Of a stretch of DNA of 64,000 bases, positions 35,250-48,417 are shown in pieces. The position numbers were made by a program, and so were the translations under genes. Each line of letters opens with the position of its first letter. The first letter of the stretch is position 1. The DNA lies in assembly GCA_965637545.1 (NCBI GenBank), contig OZ281494.1, forward strand, positions 5,704,001-5,768,000, written 5' to 3'. The notes beneath the pieces are model-generated. The model had not been told where the DNA came from. It made no database searches and saw only the letters and a program-made list of their open reading frames with translations. This DNA comes from Phallusia mammillata. Taxonomy: Eukaryota.

Positions 35250-36946
35250 ACATTTCCTTGCCCATGACGTGTTCGTTACGCCATGTGGGCATAATACTGT
35301 AATGACAGTTTTATATTGATGCTTTTAATACGGATTTTGAAATGTATTTTTATCTTTGTTATCGTCTGTCATAAAATTATGATTTATTTGCATTAAACTG
35401 TTGAAAACATTGCGACAGTTCGTAATGGGAGCACAAGTTGTTAAATTTCTTTTGTTGTTTAGAATTTGATTTACAAACGTACTTTACTGTTTTTTAAGCA
35501 ACATTAGGTTATTAAAACCTGAAGTAAGTGTTTAATTTGTTGTTGTTTCGTTTGAACTGATTTGCATTAGATTGAAAAATCAGTAATTTGTTCGGCGTCA
35601 AGGACATAATTTGTCGTTTTTTATTCACGAGCTTGATAGAGTTTATAATGTGTTTTTTACGTAATAGTAATTTTTGTTAATGTATATTATTCCCCGAATT
35701 TGAATGGCAATGTTTTTTGAGACTTGGTTTTGTTTTGACGCTATTCTTTCTCAGTCATATCTATGCACCATTCTCTTTTATTTAATTGACAAGTTTTATT
35801 TTTTCACTTTGGAATTTCGACTTCAGCATGCTTGAGTTTAATAGTTCGGTGATGTAACAAAGTTTGGTATTTTGGCAATTAAAATCATTTAGGGAGTTCT
35901 TAAAAAACTAATGTTACCAAGGATTGTGATTTCTGTGTTTGATTTTGGGATAGAGATTTTGCATGTTGTGTTGTCGTTCGTTTTCGTGCAAAGTGCTGCT
36001 CAGATTTTATACGTTATAATCGATTATAATCGTTAGTATTACATTTGAATGAGACGAAATAAGGTAACAATAAAATAATATTTGTGATTTGGTGAACAAC
36101 AAAAGTGTGGAGCGTTACATAAAAAAAATCATAAAAAGATAATGAGGTCTTTCAAAACTATACTTCAAAAACGTGTGAGATTCAATTTATTGGCGTATGT
36201 GACACACATACAGTTAATTAGGAAAGTTAAAAATCAAGCTAAACAACTACGTATGTACAAGAATAAGCAACAATTGTCAAAAACAGGGAAAGATTCTTTA
36301 CAAAAGCATGTGTTTTGCCAGCTAACTTGCAAGACCTTTTGGGTTTAAGTACCTGACCAGCAAAACAGCATTTTCTGGGTTAAGGCAACTCATGCACCTC
36401 ACCAGGCAAAGGATTTGAGTGCTACAAATGTGCCACAAACTAAAGTTGTATGAAAGAAAAGAAATGTATAACAGTGATACATCAGAAAACAGAGTGCACA
36501 AAACACAATTATAAAAAAAATTGGGGTCTCATTGTAGAACAGTGTATGAAGTCTTATAAAAAAACAAACCAAAAAAATCATCACAAAGGGTGTAATTATA
36601 GAATAAACCGACCTCTACCAAAAGTACTAATGAATAAATAAAGATTATATGGGAAAAAGCACCATGACTCAGCACATTTTGGTTGGGAAATAATTAAAAT
36701 GTGGTTGAAGAAATACATGTACATGTTGTATTGCACAGCACAACAAACATATCTTTAAAATCTTAATTATTTATTACATTGTGCATAATTATTACTTGAG
36801 GTGTAAACAATATGAACAAATACAAGCATACTATTTAGAATCTGCTATTTGAATTAAAAAGCATTAAAGCACTTGCATAGAATGTTAAGCATCTTTGAAT
36901 ATCTGGGTAGGTTGAATCCATCCTGGTACTGGATTTACACAAGAGA

Positions 36947-39900
36947 TTATTTTTTGGCAGTCAATAGACCAGCCCTGATTAATTGCAATGTCTCATTTAT
37001 GTCTGTTTTTTGGTATATGATTTTTCACTTAGTATAAGGTCCAATATTTACATTATGAACCCAAATATTCTGGAACTGATCACAGCTTCTCCCAGTTTTT
37101 CTTGTTCTGTGTAAAGTAATGATTTAAATTTGGTTTTTTAAAAACAATTGGATTCTTTTTAATGGTGAAAATAACGACCCAAATAGATGTAAAAAGCGAC
37201 ATGCTCTATTGTTCAAACGTTTCGCCAAATGCTCATGCCATTATCAGTGATATGAAGGCCACATCAGTTACACCCATTTATATACACCTGAGTCGCATGA
37301 AGGAATGATAAAAGGGTGCAAAACAAGTGTCGCATAAAAAAAAAACACTAATTGTATTTTAAGAATTGTACCTTGCTGACAATTGGTAAATGTGTCTTTC
37401 CATGTGTGTGTTCTTGTACTAAAGCAACATAACTGGGTACTTTGACTGTGAAACATGGTTGATGTTAGGATTCAGTAAATGCTAATTGTTTACAAATCAG
37501 AAAATCATACCCTCCAAGAACAATAATTTCATCATTTGAAAGCACAAAAGATGTTGCATAGTTCAAGACATCTGGTGCATAAGGCAAAGTAGTCCAGGTG
37601 GCATTTTCAGTGCTTGTGTCAAGGAACTCACAACTATTGAAAGGTTGCTTGCTGTGAGAACATCCACCTAATTATTACACACATCATATTGTTTTTAAAC
37701 AAATCCCAATTTTCACTAAATGTGTCAATCGATGACTAGCTAGTTATGAGAACACTATAGAACAGTAACTTTCAATAAAATGATTTTTGAAGAATTAAAA
37801 ATTAATAACACAATAATTTCAATAAGCTGTGATGTTTTACCAAACACGTAGATCACATCACGAACTGTGGAAGCAGCAAAATTCATTCTTGCATCATTAA
37901 GGGGTGCAACTTTCTTCCATTGGTTTGTCCTGATATTTATGGCATCAACAGAATTTATTAGTCTAGCTGTACAAAAGGCAAATTGTTTTACTTCACACTT
38001 ATTATAACTTATCTTAGTAAAATGCTGCACTGATATTAAAATTAGTTTTTGTAAAAACATATGCAATAAAAACATAGAGATTAATAGTTGTTAACTAGTT
38101 CCATTTTAAGTCATATAAACACTATGTAACACAGTGTATCTTTTCTTCAAATATATGTCAAACTGTAAAAGTCAGAATTGTATGTCGGAATGTAACAATT
38201 ATTATTTCTTACATAGACGTGGTCGTAGAGGTCTTGTATCTCTGCCTCCGAGTAAAAAAACGTTTTCTGAAACAAACTTGGAATTGTCTGATGCCAAAAC
38301 TAATATCTTGAACCAAGCAGGTCATTTTTTTAAAGAAGAAATTCTAATAAGTTTTGGTTACAGTTTAATGCAGAAAAATAATTGAATCAAAGGCTATGAA
38401 ATAAATTGTTGTTCCAAATCTAAGAATATTCATACCTCCAATGATCATGGTACATGCTTCAGACCTGTTGTTTAGTTGATCCTTTTGCATGTCATGTTTC
38501 CAACAACCATCAACATACCTTTCTGTTCGATTTTCAAATCTTTGATTTGAGTAACCACCAAAAATGTAAACCGAACCTAAATGACCAGAGAATTCCCAAT
38601 AGTGAAATTACTGTATTTTTATAATTAAAATCCTATAAAAACCTAATGTCAGGTCTCAACATTTTTTATACATTGAGGATTGATTGTCACTTTATATAGA
38701 CCACCACATACCCTTAACTGATACTGCAGTTGCACCAGCTCGATGAAAATTTATACTACATTCTGATGTCCAAGATTTCCCATCAAATGACATAACTGAT
38801 GTTGTCCCACTTTTACAATTGGTATCAAGACCTCCACAAAACATTACTTTATTTTCATGCATAACAAGTGCACTGTGGTAACTCACACGGAGAGATGGTT
38901 GAACAATCTGCAAAAACCCCAAAACAACTATAGCTAAATGTGGGTAATTGCATACAACCAAAGATGTTAATCATATGCTTGGGTTTAACTATCATTTTTG
39001 ATTCATTTGGGCATAAACAATGATCTGACCAAGCAGCTCATGTTATGATATTCCCTCCTTGAGGATCACTGTTTTAGACCACCTGATCTGGGTCCTAAGT
39101 GGGCCAATAAAGCCACACATTTAAAAGTGTAGAGCCACACAATTATTTTTTGCTTCCTTTCCAACTGAAGAATCAAATACAAAGATATATATTTTACGAC
39201 ATACCGTACTGCATTCAAAAATATGAACTAAAATTTGTCTGAGAGCCAGATGCAATTATCAAAAGAGGATCATCTGGCTTACAAACCATAGGTTTCTGAC
39301 ACCTGGCCAAGGTGTAGATTGGGCAACTTTCAATTACAAACCAGATATTATCTGATGGCATGCTAGTATGTTGAAGCATTGTGGTTAAAACCATTGTGTT
39401 ATAAATTAAAGTTGTATTGTTAAACAAAAATACTAAAATCTACATTAATACCTCAGTTTTTGGAGTGGTTTCTGTAAGTTGGAGAGGTTGAACACTGTTT
39501 TGTGGTGTCAAAATGTACAATCCCTTGTTGACTAAAAAAAGTAAGTAATAAATGTAAAAGAACAACTCTGGAATTTTTTACACATTTTTTTAACATATAA
39601 GGTACATTCCATTTTTTAATAAACTGTAAAAAAATGTTTTACAACCAGAAAAGACTTTACCATGAGTGTAGTGTTTTATAGTGTGGTATTGCAGATTGGT
39701 GCCAGATATGGTCAAGCAATGGTTTACCGTTTCTTGGGCCTGTTCTTGGTTGCTGCTTCTCAAAAAGTTCAGGCTCAATGTGATAATGCATTGCATCTTC
39801 CACCAAATCTCTACATGCTGTATTGTCCCTTACAAGTTTCTTATCAGCACAAAAAAAAACAAAGACGATAATAAATAGCTTTTTTTATTTTATTAGTTGA

Positions 39901-42900
39901 TTTCTCCCATCGCATGCTCTACTTATCTTGGTCCCGACAAACTAGAATTAAACACACCTCTTTTCTCACAGTGTTTGAAAGAAATTGCTTTGTGACAGAC
40001 TGAAGTCGCAGCAAACCAAAAAGTTTTGGGAAAGCTTCTTGTCTTTTGGGTAAATTGTGATTTGTCCAATTTACCAGTGCAGTGAAGAGCACATCTTCTG
40101 TTTCTACCTGACATTCAAATGGTGTTAGAAACTAGTTCAGACAAATTGAATTTTACTTAAAATATGTAACACATTATAAATACAAATTATTAAAAGTAAT
40201 ATTTTCTTATTCTTTATTATACAAATATTCTTTAGTTCAGTAATAATACCTGAAAGCAACAACAACATTTTTTTACAGGATCAATGTTATGACAGAGTGC
40301 ATACTTTTATTTTATCAGATTTAAGAAACATCTGTATTTCATTTTCAGGGAGATCCATAAATTTCTTTGATTGACAAACTTCGCCAAAGTTTTTGTAAAT
40401 ACATTTATCAGTTTTTTGTTGAAGAGAGACCAAAGAAAATAGATGACTAATTTCCTTTAGATTCAATGAGTTTGAGGGTTCAACAACATCCAGCAAATAC
40501 TCGTCAATCAGTTCTAACAAATCTGAATAGTTGAAAAAAAAATAAAACATTTACTAGAAATCAGTGTCCCTGTTTTCAAATGCAAGACACGGTGCAAAAT
40601 GCAAAACATTACACAAAATAGAAGGTGGTTTAGCTTGCATTGCTACTTGTGCATCAGTAAGTCTGTGACTTATATGCTTTCAATTTTTTCTTTGGTCCCC
40701 AATTACCAAAAGTTTTGTAACCTCTGTTTGTTTCTGCAGGTAGAAGCTCACAGGTCGCAACACTGGCAAATTTGTGAATAATGCATTTAAAGTGATAAAT
40801 GTGAATAAAATTGCTGATGTAAACCAAACTATGGAAATCAACATACTATTACTTTTGGTTGCACAAAATTGCATGAAGGCCTAAAGAAGAGAAAAAAAAT
40901 GAATACTGTCAGTTTTCGTTTGAATGTTTCCACAATATACAGAAACAAAGCTGTTGAGCGCAGCCGTTAGATTGAACACATCGATAGTCATAATTGTGGA
41001 CTGGGGCCAATTGGTTTCTGCTGTCCAGTGTGTATCTAGTTAACACTGTGCAGTGTGTTCCCAGTGCGAAGTGTAGAGTGATTTATTAAACGAAACACAT
41101 ATTTTTATATATAGCAAAAAAAACAACATGTGGTACAAAATTCAGCAAGGAACACTAAACCACATTTGCAGGTGTATGGCTGGAAACACAAGCTTTCTGA
41201 CGCCATAACAAAGGGAAATTGTAACGGCCTAATCATCAACACACAAACATGAACAGCTATCAAATTTAGGACATGCAAAATCATGCTACGTTTAAATGAC
41301 TTAGAGCTTGGGCAATTTAAGAATTTTATGATGTCAAATCTAATGCTTTTGTATGACAGCCACTACAAAGCCATGTTTATTTTAGGGCTAATGGTTCACA
41401 ACCCAAAATATTTAAAGTGACAACATTTACTTTTCATTTGAAACATGGAAGCAGCTTGTAGAATGCCAAACACTTCTTCAACACAAAGAAAGATGCTTCC
41501 AGAGTAAACAAAATCCAATATTTGTTTAATGGCTTCCCAAGACAGCTCCTTCAGCTCAATAGTATCGGAGTATTTTTCCATCATCTTAGCAAAGAAATTG
41601 TAAGTCATTTATTATTGGCTATGGTGTTTATAGTCTTAACAAACACATAGATTGTGCTGCCAACAGTAGCTGTAGCATTTGATATGTTAATTACAATCTC
41701 AAACAATGGTGTCTGAAATAAAATTTGTGCATGCAAGCGCCGTAAATACAAAAACCTTAAATTTATTCTATGTGTTTCATGGATATAAATTAGGGTGTAT
41801 GATTTCTAAATACTCACATCTGTTCGAAACATTGTTGCAAAGTAATCACAACTTGTTGCTAACACATTTCTATGAGCTGGAAATCTTTTTTCATTCACCA
41901 CAAGTTCAACATCACAAAGAAACCCTTCCTTTCTCTGTCTAAAGGTGAGAGCTTGATAAGTAACAACTAGAATGGTATTACTTTAAATATTGCTTTCATA
42001 CACAGTTTATGACATGATTCAAAAATTTTCATAAAAAATGTAAAGTTGTTGTTTTTAACTCAAAAGTCGCCCCTTCTAGAATTGTTTGACCTTTGCAAAT
42101 TGTAGTTTTGTTTCACTTTTAAACTGGGTTTGGGAAAAAAATACAAAATTAAACATTCTCAAATGAAATTTTGAGGTACAAGTATTATAAATAAGTGTCA
42201 GTCACCACCAATGTTTAATAAATGAACAAAATGAGTTATTCGAAGCTGTTTCTTTACTATTACCGTTTATGCCGAGAAATCAACCATTAAAACAAAACTC
42301 ACCTATTTAGATAATCAAGGCATTGTCCTGGATAGTTTTCAATTGATACCTGTCTTTTATTGCTCATCTTTGTGCACTACAGACTACATCTCTTTAAAAC
42401 ATATAATGACAAATCTCACATCACTGTGTAAGAATCTATACTCTAAAGTTCATTATCAACCATATATTTAGATAAACATCTCAGAAAAATTTGTTGTGTA
42501 CAGATGTACGACCTTGCTTTATCACTGTTTGTTTGCTTACCAGTTTTAAAACTTTTACACCATTCCCTTGAGTACAATGTGTTTTATTCACAAATCCATG
42601 CAACATATTTTACGTGTGTCACCTTATATTACTGAAATTTTGCAACATCCAGAAATAATTACATAAATAAATAAAACTTTACTAAAATAGCAAAACTAAA
42701 TTTCCGTCTTGATTGTTATGTTTACTTTTGTTTCTGGGGAATTCCCTCTCAGGAATAAGGAATGTTTATGACTAGATACAAAAGCCTTGAGTTTATTCTA
42801 TGTGTGTCAAGGATATAAATTAAGATACAGTCTTTGGTAACACTCACATCTGTTCGAAACATTGTTGCAAAGTAATCACAACTAGTTGCTAACACAATTC

Positions 42901-43015
42901 TATGAGCTGGAAATCTTTATCCATCCACAACAAGTTCGACATCACACAGAAATCCTTCTTTTCGTTGTTTAATGGTGAGAGCTTGATCAGTACTTTGAAT
43001 AATGCTTTGACACAT
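36947..43015 (-). pseudogene. BTB-BACK-Kelch (KLHL-like) gene, probably disabled
   Basis: BTB exons 42848-43015 / 41818-41966 (LCDVELVV..RFPAHR.VLATSCDYF) and 41431-41584. BACK exons 40305-40522, 39958-40107 (VETEDVLFTALVNW) and 39661-39839. Kelch repeats near 38.7-38.9, 38.4-38.6, 38.2-38.3, 37.8-38.0 and 37.5-37.7 kb. Last exon 36947-37106. In-frame stops at 42917-42919 and 37025-37027. Exons near 39.2-39.5 kb do not splice cleanly. Confidence 0.8.
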
Positions 43016-43548
43016 GTTCAAAAACATTATTCGCAAGTTGGGTTAAAAAAATTGAAGTTGTAGTTCTTAACCACCTTTAGAAATTTAAGGTTATTGTTCT
43101 ATGTCACTGCCAACCTGTGTTTGCTGTTCCTTACAGCCAAAACAGTGTAAACTAATTGCTTTGTATTTTATACAGTAGTCTGAGGTAGAATTAGAACACT
43201 GAATATTCTCAAATGCAAGTTTGCGGCTTATGTATTGTAAAAAAAGTGTCAGCCAGTAGGTATTTTTAACAAACAAAACAACATCAAATAATAGGATTTT
43301 TTTACGAAATACGTTTCGGACATTCTGAGATGGTGCTCCTAGCCTTTAAAAAACATATAAATCGGCAAGATGTAGAAAAGCCAGGCATGTAGTTAGCAAC
43401 TGTTTTGTAGATAAACAAGTAATACTTGGTTTGTTGTGGCTCACATGTGTATAAGTTGTCAAATTTTTTTCCCCAAATATTTTGCTTTAAAGAGTATTGA
43501 TCAATTGTCAAATATACAATTGTATAAAACAATATCTCTTATTAACAG

Positions 43549-46500
43549 ATCCAACATTCAACATACAGGACCAGCCAAGTGACGTTTTGGTTTCAACAAA
43601 ATCAGAGTTGCGGGTAAATAAAATAGGCCGATCAATAGAACTGTAACAAATATTATTACATGGATGTTCAAATGTTTGGTTTTAATTTAACAGAATACCT
43701 TCAAATATGTGGCAGAAATTGAAGAAAAAATGGTTGACAAAGAAGTAAAACTAACAGTCGGTGGGTGTATTGTTTATATTTTACCGAGGCAGTAGTGAAC
43801 ATCAAACTTACTGCTGTGTATGGAAATAAACACACTGCAAATGCAATTTTGTTACATCAATTGATTTTTACAGCAAACAATTAATTTTTGGCAAAATCAT
43901 TAAACATCTTTTTGAAGAGTCACATAGCTATAAGAACTTTACTTCTTTAACAATTTTTGGGATTTCCCCACAAAACAATGCATTGCATCATGCTTTTTAT
44001 TTACATGAGTTTTAAGCAGCAATAATTTAAATTCTGGCATTAGATTTAACAAGTTTGTATTTTGCGATTGCCATTTTGTGTAAAGTTTTGTTTATACAAT
44101 TAGGCATACTACTGCCATGCATTGGAAAAGCTGAGCTGATACTGAGTCATTTTTGTAATTAGGCAATGATTACATTGCTGCGTAAATTTAGTATTTTAGA
44201 GTTTGTCATTTGTAAAAAATTTAAACAGGAAGAGGTTACACCTCTTCCAATGTGTGAACCCACAGGACAAACATTTAACAAACCTGTGACTGTCCGGCTT
44301 CAAACTTGTTGTATTACTGACCCTGATAAAAACGTTTAGGTTTCGCATACTGGTTGTTTTAAAGTAAACTATATTTTGGTTTGCAGTTATAAAAAAATGG
44401 CTTGGAAGATTTTTTGACTGGCCACAAGTTTATTGAAAATCTTGTGTACACATGACATAAAGTTAATTTTTACCAAAAAAATCTTTAAACATACACCCAT
44501 AATTTATTATTGATATAAATTTTTTAGATTAAATCTGTTGAAAATGGAAAGACATGACAAATAATAATCAAAGTTGATCACAGTGAAGAGGATTACATCA
44601 CTTTTGAAACACACCACTTCTCGTAGTATGTTATTTTAAAAAGCAAAATATTTAACATCATTGATTTCTTCTTTAGTTTTCAGGCATTTCTTGGCATCAA
44701 ACACATTGTAAAACAAGACGTAATGCATAGAATCTACTTTACAACACCATGAGAGTCAAAATTCAGTTCAAAAAGTAAGGTTAAAAATTTCATTGTGTTC
44801 ACTTTTCATATATCTTGTGTAAATCACAAGAAGATGCACATACTTCTTATTGTGGGTTATGTATAATTTAAATATTTTTCCGGGTGCAACTGCAACTCAC
44901 ATGTGCAAAGGGATATGTTTTGTTCGAATATACATAACTTTCCCCTATAGTTACATAACTGTTTATTTTATGGTATACAGAAGAAACTTTAAGTAAAAAA
45001 GAAATTAATCTACAAGTAATCAAATTGTAAATTTTGTTGTTTAATGTGAAAATTTTAGGACTTTAATTAAATCCCAAATTCTTCTGAAGATTTTAATGTT
45101 CTAGTTGTTTGTTTTTGTACTCAGGTCAAATTCTCCAATAAAGGTTTAGTATGGAAGGAATTGAAAACACTGCCGGATATAACATATACATATATCTCAT
45201 TTCAAACCAATCACTTTACCTGGTAACAATATGCCATCAGTGGTAACTATAAGAGTATATATTGCTAAATATAAAATAGTGGTACCCCCAAAATACATAA
45301 TAACCAGTGTATATGTTCATGCTAATGTATTACTTTAAACAAACTTCTCAAACAAAAAAAAGGAGAATACAAGTCACTGAAGCAGCCTTCAGTTAACGAT
45401 GTTTGGAACTACTGATTATAGAAAAACAATATACTTACTATAGAAAGACAAATACTAACTTATGTCTAAATCTATATTTCATAAAACAAAGATTTATTTA
45501 GGTTTGGTACAGATGCAAATGTTATTGCAAAAAAGAAATTTGTGAAATTTGGTGCAGGGAAACCAATAAATCATACTGGAAATTCTCTTCTGCTAGTTGC
45601 TTTTATCAAAGAGAATTTAAACATAATTGGAGACAGTAATATTTTCAGTAGATGCACTCTTGCTCATGAAGATCAGTTCCAAATGGGGTAAAAGATTGTT
45701 GTCGGTCAACAGGAAAAACAATATATAAAAGTCACTTTTAATGTTTACTAGAAAAACTGATGATCCCGTCAGCATACATTTATAATGCGACAGAATGCCA
45801 TCACCATTTAAATCAAAAAAGGTCCATGGCTGTGATAAAGCTATGCTGCAATACCGCATAACTACAGTGATCATGCTTAAGTTGACTACCAGATTTTGGC
45901 TGGACACTGGACCAAAAAGCAATTGGAGATATTTTTGTTCCTGGTGTGCTATTAAATGTGTTAAATCCATGAAGGTAACAAGTTCCAATGTGTTTTTGTT
46001 TGCAGATTTGACACGAGAAGCAACTAGACAAGTTTTAGATCAGTATAAATGCCATTTAAATAAGATCAACAGGTATATAAACATTGTTGTGCACACCTGT
46101 ATATCACTGTGGTGCCCAGTTTAAAAACAGTTGGATATGACACAGAATATTGTGTTGTTTGTCATTGTGGTGCACAAGCGGTTTCATGAACATTTTTAAA
46201 AATGCCCACAACTCAGCATGTACATCTAATGTGGCTCACAGTGGTCATTGGCATACTCCAATATCTCATGTATATTTCCACAAACAGGAAAAAACTAAAT
46301 ATAGTATCGTTATAATATTACACATTTTAGGACATTTAACATATAATTTTGGACTTTAACTGCTCAGAATCAACTGTCCAAAACTTGGTACAAACCTCAC
46401 TAGCCATACCAGAAGAACACTGGAACAATTTCTCAGATATTTTCTTACTGGAAGATGAGATAAGGACAAAAGATTTGATTTCAGAAAATGCACAAAACTC

Positions 46501-46746
46501 AGAAATGCGACGGTTTGCATTTGAAGTCTGGGGTGAAGGAGGTAAAACAATAGAAATGATTTGTAAATTTAGCTGTAACCAGTGAAATAGCAACATTCAA
46601 AAGAGGAATCATCTCAATTAAAATGCAAAATGCATTTTCACATTGTTTTTTTAGAAGGAAATGATGCAGAGAAACTTCTCATACACATTGTCCACTATCA
46701 AAAAGCATTAATTGAGAGGTTAAGAAGATGGTCTCCGAATCGTTAA
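43549..46746 (+). pseudogene. ZU5 - partial ZU5 - UPA-like - death domain protein (UNC5CL/PIDD/ankyrin-type module), disabled
   Basis: 43694- KLTVGGCIVYI with an apparent frameshift and TAG at 43793. 44229- VTPLPMCEPTGQTFNKPVTVRLQTC. 44528- GKT*QII...ITFETHHFS (TGA 44555). TGA at 44750. 45125-45222 VWKEL...ISFQTNHFTW. 46368-46541 and 46655-46746 read like a death domain (IPEEHWNNF...FAFEVWGEG...AEKLL). Confidence 0.65.
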
Positions 46747-48417
46747 CTACATTTGCATTAACCTGTACATTTTAATTAGTTTTTAGAGCATGATTATATG
46801 CTACAGCTTATTAATGTCGATACCTTGAAGTAATCATGCACACTGATATGAAATTTCTAAACAAAAGTAGTGCCTTTGTCTAAAACACTTTCAATTTGTC
46901 TATAAGTTGATTGATTTGTTATACATTCATGTAAATTAATAGCTGTATAAAAACAAGTTTTAGAAACTATTTTGTGAATATTGTTTTTGTTTTTATTATA
47001 ATACTTTCAATTGATGTGTTTTCAATGTTTTTTCTGTTCTGAATTTATTGTTGTGTAGGCACAACCTATTTTATGTCGGAAGTCATTTAAAGATATGCTA
47101 CAGTAGAAATGGAAAGCACTTATTTTGTCATATTTTTGGTTGTAGCCTTATGTTATCTTTGCCATATATTTTTATATTACATTTGTACCTTTCGTGATAA
47201 ATTGTTTCTGAAATCTTATTATTTTCATAAGATAAACATACTCATACTGGGATCAGCCCTGAAGCGTCGATGCTGATTCGGTACGCACCTTTAATAGGCC
47301 TGGTGTACTATGATTTATTATTTTCTTAGTTTAAATTTATGTAGTGCTTCAATTAAATTTTTACTAAACACTGTGCTGTTAATCAAGGGAGGTGCTTTAC
47401 CTAATGCTTTTAAGCGAATATTAGGAGGTTTTATTTATTCTGTAATGATGTATTTAAATGTATACATGTTTTGTATTAATAAAATAACTTACCTTTTACT
47501 AGTATCATTGGAGACACAGTAATAATTTGATTTTTGCATCTGAATAGCAGTTGGAACACAAAAATTTTCACAGCCTATACAACCTAATCCTATCCGTTAG
47601 TACTTCCAAAAAATGTTAAAAAACTTTTGTGGCCTTGTTTGACTGTTGGCAAACCTGCAAACTAAGAAGCTGTGATGTACTTAAAAATGACTACAGACTA
47701 AATCTGCACTGACAACCACACAGGACTCCATTCCGTCTGATGTGCATAAATTAAAGATATAGAGAAACAGCATCATGTTAAAAAATACAAAGAAATTAAA
47801 CATTACCGACTTGCTGCTAAGAAAGTACGTGCAAGCAAATGGCGCTATAAAAGTCTTACCGTTAAAATCATTCCAAAATTCCGTTAGTCAGATGAAGATT
47901 CAGCTGGTCTAAAAGGAGCAACATAGTAACACAATTTCTCTACCCACTACCCCTGAAAAGTAAAGCTTGGAAATTGTCAGACTTTGATATTTTGTTTGTT
48001 ACGTTAATACATTTAAAAACTATTTGCTATTTACGTTTTGTCTCAAAATAAAACTCTCTGCTTCTAATCAATACCTGTACAAAAACTTGTTTTGACAATA
48101 AGTAGTTACAGGAGAAAAAATCAGATTTGGCGCTAAATAATGGAGGGAATGCTTCTAGCCTTCAACAAAACCTGCTTTTAGTGGGTTTCGTGTTTAGCGC
48201 CAAAAATGGATTCAGACTATTTCCGCTAGTTGACGCTGCGGAGTTAGTTAATGCAAAACGTACAATAACACAGCACAAATTTACATTTTTACAAAAGTAT
48301 AGCTAAATTTGAAACGAAAGTAATAAGTTTCAAATGTTAAAACACTTAAGTGCTGAAGAAAACATGATAATATCATAAAGTGGAGTAAAGATTGTATTTG
48401 CTGTATTATTTTAAATA

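Larger units (their letters stand above)
28289..36852. repeat. Segmental duplication, copy B
   Basis: Paralog of 11340-17860. Longer because of the 1.4-kb hAT insertion, a longer mucin exon and an insertion near 35.8-36.3 kb. Confidence 0.9.

Noticed and set aside
40740-40880. Possible extra BACK-like exon in the Kelch gene
   Set aside because: Contains tandem stops and similarity is weak. Exon 40305-40522 already supplies this segment in phase.
14236-44752. Many in-frame stops are TGA (14236, 18219, 18999, 37025, 44555, 44750), which could suggest nuclear TGA recoding
   Set aside because: TGA is the true terminator of the LDLa-GPCR (25818), GPCR C (60411) and pol (10035). Paralog B has GGA at the 14236 site, and TAA/TAG lesions also occur.
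48126-48204. 12-bp inverted repeat TTTGGCGCTAAA
   Set aside because: No TSD and no second copy seen; too short to call.
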